Assembly (NCBI GenBank): GCA_002269645.1
Contig: NIVC01002602.1
Span: 62,001 to 126,000 of the forward strand
Reading direction: 5' to 3'
Length of the DNA: 64,000 nucleotides
DNA from: Macrostomum lignano
Taxonomy: Eukaryota
Numbering within the stretch: the stretch's first letter is position 1; each line of letters opens with the position of its first letter. The notes beneath the pieces are model-generated. The model was not told the DNA's origin, searched no databases, and was given only the letters and a program-made list of their open reading frames with translations. This document shows positions 57,274 to 64,000 of this stretch, one piece after another. Made by a program: the position numbers and the translations under genes.

Positions 57274-59534
57274 TTACAATTTCCTGTACAAGCAGAATCT
57301 CTCTTTACCAGCAAAGTCCGATTCGATGCGATCCAGGCGCAACGAGCCTCGATTTTGGAACCGATCTCTCAACAGTTGACCATGACTTGAGTCCATTTCG
57401 AATGCCAGCCACCTTAAAATAAAAAATTAACACTCATAGATCAAACATCTTTCTTACCATCAATATCAATGACCAATAATAATGACCCCAATTGTTATGA
57501 CCAAAATTAATGACCCCAATTGTTATGACCAATATTAATGACCCTAATTCTTACTATCAATATCAATGACCAATAATAATGACCCCTATTATTAGGACCA
57601 ATAATAATGACACCAATGTTATGACCAACATAAATGACCAAATGTGTTAAGACAAACAACAATGACCATATTTGTTATGACCAATATCAATGACCAAAAT
57701 TTTCATGACCAATCTGTATGAACCCTAGAGAATTGACTGAAAGCTACCTTTTAGCCTACGACTTCATGACCTCAAAAGCTACCATACGCTTTACGACCCA
57801 GCCAATCCAAATGACTCACCCGCCAGTTGCTAATCGGGCATCGGCGAACTCCATGAGCTGAACAATGACTCCCAAACCGTCGCCGCCGCCGCCGCCGCGC
57901 AAAGCAACGGGCGACTCGAAGGTCACTTCCGGTTGCAATTGTCGCATATCGAGTTCCGGCACGTAGGGTGGATTAGCAACTATTAGCGAAAGTGGCGGAG
58001 CGCGTCCTAGTAACCCGGGCGTTGCTAGGGACGCGTTGATCAAATGAAGCCGATTAGAGACGCCGTTGCGATGGCAATTCTCCCAGGTCAGATGGCAAGC
58101 TTCGGGCAGAAGCTCGATGGCCAGGCAGTGCGCCTGAATTGTGCCGGTTTTTGGGATAATCTCATTAGTGATTTAGGATGATTTCATTAGTGATTTGGGA
58201 TAATCTCATTAGTGATTTAGGATGATCTCATTAGTGATTTGGGATAATCTCATTAGTGATTTAGGATGATCTCATTAGTGATTTGGGATAATCTCATTAG
58301 TGATTTAGTATGATCTCATTAGTGATTTGGGATAATCTCATTAGTGATTTAGGATGATCTCATTAGTGATTTGGGATCATCTCATTAGTGATTTGGGATA
58401 ATCTCATTAGTGATTTAGGATGATCTCATTAGTGATTTAGGATGATTTCATTAGTGATTTGGGATCATCTCATTAGTGATTTGGGATAATCTCATTAGTG
58501 ATTTGGGATGATCTCATTAATGATTTGGGATAATCTCATTAGTGATTTAGGATAATCTCATTAGTGATTTGGGATAATCTCATTAGTGATTTAGGATGAT
58601 CTCATTAGTGATTTGGGATAATCTCATTAGTGATTTGGGATAATCTCATTAGTGATTTGGGATAATCTCATTAGTGATTTGGGATCATCTCATTAGTGAT
58701 TTAGGATAATCTCATTAGTGATTTGGGATAATCTCATTAGTGATTTGGGATAATCTCATTAGTGATTTGGGATAATCTCATTAGTGATTTGGGATCATCT
58801 CATTAGTGATTTAGGATAATCTCATTAGTGATTTGGGATAATCTCATTAGTGATTAAGGATAATCTCATTAATGATTTGGGATAATCTCATTAGTGATTT
58901 AGGATGATCTCATTAGTGAGTTTAGGATAAGCTGTAGTGATTCAGGATAATCGCATCGGCCATTTAGGATAATTTCAATATTGAGTTAAGATAATCTGAT
59001 CAATTCTGGGAGACATTGTCAGCAGAGATAGTAACTAATATGATATCAAAATTAGCCAGCTAATTGCCAGACTCAGGTAACCGGGTGTCCAATTTCCTCA
59101 TCATTAGGTAGCAAAAGCAAGTCAAAGCCAAGAAGCCGTTTTTCTTTGTAGGCGCTTTTTTAATCAAGGCCGTTCAAAGAAGAGAAATTCCCCAGGAAAT
59201 TAGAAGGGCAACATTGACGGCGACACTACAGAAGCTTCTGCAGTTTTGTCTTAGAAGGGAAAAACTGTTGCAATAACATTGGAAAACATTTTGCTGACCA
59301 GCGGCAGGTCGCGAAGCAGACAGACGGACACGGCACCGGAGCCGGTGCACACCTCGCTGAACAGGCGAGGGCGGGAGAGGCTGTGCGGATGCGATGATGA
59401 AGCTCCGACTGCGGACCAGCACTGCTTTGCCAGGTCTACCAGCTTCTGCGGGGATGGGGCAGACACTCTGGCTGATGGTAAGACAGACAGACAGACAGAC
59501 ACAGAGACAGACAGGCAGACAGACAGACAGACAC

Positions 59535-59569
<35 letters not shown>

Positions 59570-59570
59570 C

Positions 59571-59633
<63 letters not shown>

Positions 59634-59868
59634 GGCAGACAGTCATACAGACAGACAGACACAGAGACAGACAGGCAGACAGACAGACAGACAGACACAG
59701 AGACAGACAGACAGGCAGACAGACACAGACAGACACAGAGGCAGACAGACAGACACAGAGACAGACAGACACACAGACAGACAGACAGACAGACAGACAC
59801 AGAGACAGACAGACACACAGACAGACAGACAGACAGACAGACACAGAGATAGACAGGCAGACAGTCAT

Positions 59869-59899
<31 letters not shown>

Positions 59900-61342
59900 C
59901 AGAGATAGACAGAGACAGACAGACGGCAGACAGACAGACAGACACAGAGACAGACAGACAGGCAGACAGACACAGAGACAGACACACAGACAGACAGACA
60001 GACAAAGAGACAGACAGGCAAAAGCAAGACAAACAGAATGGAGATTTTACATGTACCGGAAACCCACCTCCGTCTCGGGCCTGGGAATGAACACGGGAGC
60101 TCGCATAACCAAACTGACATCGCGAAAATCCCATTCTCCAAGAATGTACTGCAGCGGCTCCCTTGAAAATTTTAATTACGAGAATTATTACGATATGACT
60201 TTAGGAGAAAATTTAAACTTGATTAGTTACCTTTGAAGTCTTCTGTTGCATAGGCCAGTTAGCTTCGATAATTGTTGGGCAGTTAATTCTAAACGACTGT
60301 GCTCCCGGGTCAGCTAGGAGTAAACAAATAGTAAACATGCAGAACTCGATAATTTGAATAGACAGGTAGATTAGATAAGAATAGATGGGTACTGTTATAA
60401 GTAAAGGAAGTCGAAGTCTAGTGCTTGATCGTAGCGGCAATTACATTTGTTGGTGTATATGCCAAACTAAAGCAGAAATTTTCCTTTTTGTATTAAGAAA
60501 TAGCGGGGTCTTAACTTTAAGCTGCAGGATGGTCAGCAGAGCTTTAAAAGCTGATTTACTTTTACAAAGTGCTGTAGTGGCTATTGCTAGATATCGAGTG
60601 TACACACTGCATAATCTATATAGAGATCATTAAGTTAAAATGCACTTTGAAACTGCTTTTTTCGACCCTAGATTTGTCCAAGCCAAGTATAAAATGTCCG
60701 ACCCTTCTCGGCTAGAGTGGCTTTGCACAGCGGGGCATTAAGATTATAGCTATAGTCTATGGCCAGCCCAGCTGACCATGTCGGCAGGAACGGAGCTTTT
60801 GCATTTCTAGCTCCGGCGCGGAAAGGTTAATGGCTCAGAAATAATAGCCATAGACAATATACATGTATAAAAGGTCAAAACATATCTATAGCACGATATA
60901 ACAGCTGTAATCTATAGCTCCATAGCAACGGATATCATTAGTTCCATAGCAACGGATATCATTAGCTCCATAGCAACGGATATCATTTGCCCCATAGCAA
61001 CGGATATCATTAGCTCGATAGCAACGGATATTATTAGCGCCATAGCAACGGATATCATTTGCCCCATATCAACGGATATCATTAGCTCGATAGCAACGGA
61101 TATCATTAGCTTCATAGCAACAGGTTTATTAGCTCCATAGCAACAGGTTTATTAGCCCCATAGCAACGGATATCATGGCTTAGCTTCATTTCCTATAATT
61201 CCAGTAAAAGTGCACCTCTCACCGTTCGCTGGCCTATGCAGTGAGCCAACAGGTACTTGGCGCTCGCTCCGGGATCGGGCACGCCGACCTTGGAAAATAG
61301 GCGATGCAGACGACTGCGTAGCTTGGATACACGTGTTGTCAT
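57274..61342 (-). CDS. HEMK1: HemK/PrmC-family release factor glutamine N5-methyltransferase (HEMK1), 6 exons, ~298 aa
   Basis: Exons 61342-61223, 60313-60231, 60161-60068, 59445-59299, 58133-57820, 57412-57274; phases 0,2,0,0,2 consistent, 897 nt. Motifs RRLQR|[30 protein letters not shown] (SAM motif I), [19 protein letters not shown]. Start codon could lie further upstream. Confidence 0.93.
57460..57720. repeat. Degenerate ATGACC-based repeat in last HEMK1 intron
   Basis: Recurring AATGACC / TTATGACCAA. Confidence 0.75.
58150..58950. repeat. 22-bp minisatellite GGGATAATCTCATTAGTGATTT in HEMK1 intron
   Basis: Direct reading. Confidence 0.96.
59484..60020. repeat. Compound (AGAC)n microsatellite in HEMK1 intron
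   Basis: Direct reading. Confidence 0.95.
60910..61180. repeat. 24-bp minisatellite GCTCCATAGCAACGGATATCATTA in HEMK1 intron 1
   Basis: About 10 copies. Confidence 0.92.
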
Positions 61343-61479
61343 AGCAACTGTTAATGCTGGCGCCTGCGACTAAAGGCCAGGCTGGAACAAGGAACAGGCT
61401 GGGTCAAGTAGTTAAACACGAAACGTGGAGTTAAACAATCGATTAAGCTGCACAGTAAGCTTTTTTTAACCAGAATCAC

Positions 61480-61745
61480 CTTAGCAACGATATCAGTATC
61501 CGCATAGCAGCTGGAGTTTTTAGGCTTAGCAACGGTTGCATCCGCATAGCAACTAGTGTTTTAAAGCTTAGCAACGGTTGTATCCGCATAGCAACTGGAT
61601 TCTTTAAGCTCAGCAATGGTTGCATCCGCATAGCAATTGGATTTTTTTTAGCTTAGCAACGGTCGCATCCGCATAGCAACTGGATTTTTTAAAGCATAGC
61701 AACGGCTGTATCCGCATAGCAACCGAGATGTAACTCTAGTAGCAG
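61480..61745. repeat. Degenerate ~45-bp repeat (TTAGCAACGGTTGCATCCGCATAGCAAC) upstream of HEMK1
   Basis: About 5 copies. Confidence 0.8.
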
Positions 61746-62794
61746 TAAAGCAACTAGTTGTAAAAGTTTGCTACTATCATGGACAAACAAATACTAGGAG
61801 GTACACTCGGCCCTAAGCAAACTCGAAATTATATTCCCAAAATACACAAGAATACATCTGCATTCGCCACTGCAGCCGCAGGACATCAAATGTGGCTCAA
61901 GTTAGTTAAGACGAAAGCAGGGCTATTGATAGACACAGCGGCAACAGCAAGAAGCCATACACCGAGCACCGAAGCCATAAAAATGTCGTCTTATCCGGAA
62001 ACTATGAGCCGGCAATATTAATTACTAATATTACTATTATATAGCCTGCTCTTTGTTGCTCAAAGTCGCATACTGAACTAATGCCGTTGAGCTGACGTGT
62101 AACAGGCAAAATTAAGAAATGTTATTCTTTTCAATCGTGTACGACTGTAGTTTGCAATCAGTAAGATGACAGTTTTTGTAACAAGAGTTTATAATTATCA
62201 CCTTTATCCGGTTGTGCAAACTTTTGCTCATCTTAGCCATTGACTCCGTTTATCAATAAGCTCAAAGTTGTCAATAGGTTGGCTTAATGCCAAAACAAGA
62301 CAAGCTTTTAATAAGATTGATACATGGCTGAATGTTAATAAAGCTTATTAGTTTTTTTGCTAATTTTTCAAGTTTCTAAAGGTGGGAATTAAGTCAGGAG
62401 GAGCCACACAAAGCCTGGTTCGATTCCCTGAGCAGCCTGATCAGGGAGCTGTCGAGAGATCACAGCCATGAAGGCCAGCCCCCTAAGGCTCAGAGAGTGC
62501 ACATGTCTGACGATTGGACAGTCAATGGAGACGCTGTACACCCTATAGGAGCGTGTGTTTGAGTATTGGCGCGCTTGTGTATGTTCAGGAGTCAGCGGAA
62601 TTGGTCAAGGAAAATTCCCTAGAGAAGTTCTGTAGCTCAAGTTAGTTAAGACAACATTAGGCTACTGTTTAGAAGCCCAAAAAAATCATCTTATCCGGAA
62701 ACTTTGAGCAGCAAGTAGAAATATTGTAGCCTGCCGATATGTTGCTAAAAAAACATTTTTTGTAGTTGCTTTAGCTGACGTGTTGACAGGCAAA

Positions 62795-62957
62795 TAATAA
62801 TAATTGATTACACCTGCCCCAATTAGGCGAAATTTGCAACCGACAGCTCAGCCGCAACTATTGCGCCGCGCATCTGAAGGCTGCTTACGGCTGATCAGTC
62901 CGAAGACTGGGGGGAGGTCCCCACACACACCCTCAATTACCCCAGCTAATGCTGGTA
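62795..62957 (-). mobile_element. Partial (3' part) copy of the SINE at 27255-27556
   Basis: TACACCTGCCCCAATT...CTCAATTACCCCAGCTAATGCTGG shared with the 27 kb copy. Confidence 0.85.
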
Positions 62958-63204
62958 CTAGAATATGTGGGCTCGTCTGAGGGACTCCGAAGCTAAATAT
63001 TATTACCATGTGATTCAACTGTGTGAAAAAGTAAGACAATTTGGAACTGTAAACAATCAATGAGGAGTGATTTTTATTAGCTAAAAGGAATAAAAACTAC
63101 TGAACTAGTGCTTTTTTTCAATGAAGCAAAACTTTAAATTTTACATTCTGTTCGTGACTTCTACGACAGTGCATATTTTTGTTATTGTACATACGGGTTG
63201 GGAA

Positions 63205-63580
63205 TGTCAGGAAGTGTCAATATAGGGTGTCAGGAAGTGTCAATATAGGGTGTCAGGATGTGTCAATATAGGGTGTCAGGAAGTGTCAATATAGGGTGTC
63301 AGGATTCGTCAATATAGGGTGTCAGCAAGTGTCAATATAGGGTGTCAGGATTCGTCAATATAGGGTGTCAGGAAGTGTCAATATAGGGTGTCAGGAAGTG
63401 TCAATATAGCGAGTCAGGAAGTGTCAATATAGAGTGTCAGAAAGTGTCAATATAGGGTGTCAGGAAGTGTCAATATAGGGTGTCAGGAAGTGTCAATATA
63501 GGGTGTCAGGAAGTGTCAATATAGGGTGTCAGGAAGTGTCAATATAGGGTGTCAGGAAGTGTCAATATAGGGTGTCAGGA
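63205..63580. repeat. 23-bp minisatellite GGGTGTCAGGAAGTGTCAATATA
   Basis: Direct reading. Confidence 0.95.
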
Positions 63581-64000
63581 TGCCAGACGCGCACTCATAC
63601 ACGTACACGCTCATCCAGGGTGTACAACGGCCCAGACTTTCTAATCGTCAGACATGTACACTCTGTGCCTTGGGGGTTGGCCCTCGTGCATGTAAATCGC
63701 GCGAAAATCCCCCGATTCAAACCAGGGGTTGCAGCGCGAGTATTAGAAGACACGCGTTTACCGCGTTGAACTTTTTTGACCTGGGCAAATTTATAAGCAA
63801 ATAATACTACTTAGTATAGTATTATACACGTTAGTTAGTTTACTTTGTTAGTATATACGAATTTAAGACTAGCAACTATTCACTATCTGACAATCTATTT
63901 AAGTGAAATCAAAAGTCAATTAAAACGACAAAATAAGCACCATTTTTAAAAAAATATATATATACAATGATTACGAGGGGCGTCTAAAATGCAGATACTT

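Noticed and set aside
61779-62021. 80-aa plus-strand ORF divergent from HEMK1
   Set aside because: No recognisable motif or splice structure, and it overlaps a duplicated non-coding block.
63972-64000. TA-CGAGGGGCGTC as a mariner-type TIR start
   Set aside because: Cut by the window edge; no partner TIR or transposase to support it.

Overview
Eukaryotic (animal) genomic DNA with spliceosomal introns. The style (GC-rich exons, a different minisatellite in almost every intron, splice acceptors just upstream of start codons) resembles the flatworm Macrostomum lignano; the organism is my inference. Seven spliced genes can be reconstructed by hand with consistent intron phases: a MAM-domain type I membrane protein (-, 811-3526), OSGEP/Kae1 (+, 16641-19215), NOL9/Grc3 (+, 19932-24350, 1-nt frameshift in Walker A), two tandem GT32 DXD glycosyltransferases (+, 28068-31243 intact; 32971-35565 with an in-frame TAA), a PLEKHG7-like DH-PH RhoGEF (-, 36937 to about 55822) and HEMK1/PrmC (-, 57274-61342). 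The 4.3-14.6 kb region is a strongly CpG-depleted transposon graveyard (hAT MITEs with 8-bp TSDs, a Mutator-like element with 9-bp TSD, a decayed P-element/THAP9 transposase). A solo LTR, a tRNA-derived SINE and about 40 tandem arrays are also present. The most unusual structure: in the RhoGEF gene, exons are twice bracketed by the same minisatellite in inverted orientation (potential 0.5-0.9 kb pre-mRNA stems), and several intronic arrays are built from sense-strand splice-site or branch-point mimics. All alignments and exon calls were made by eye; no database search or computation was run.
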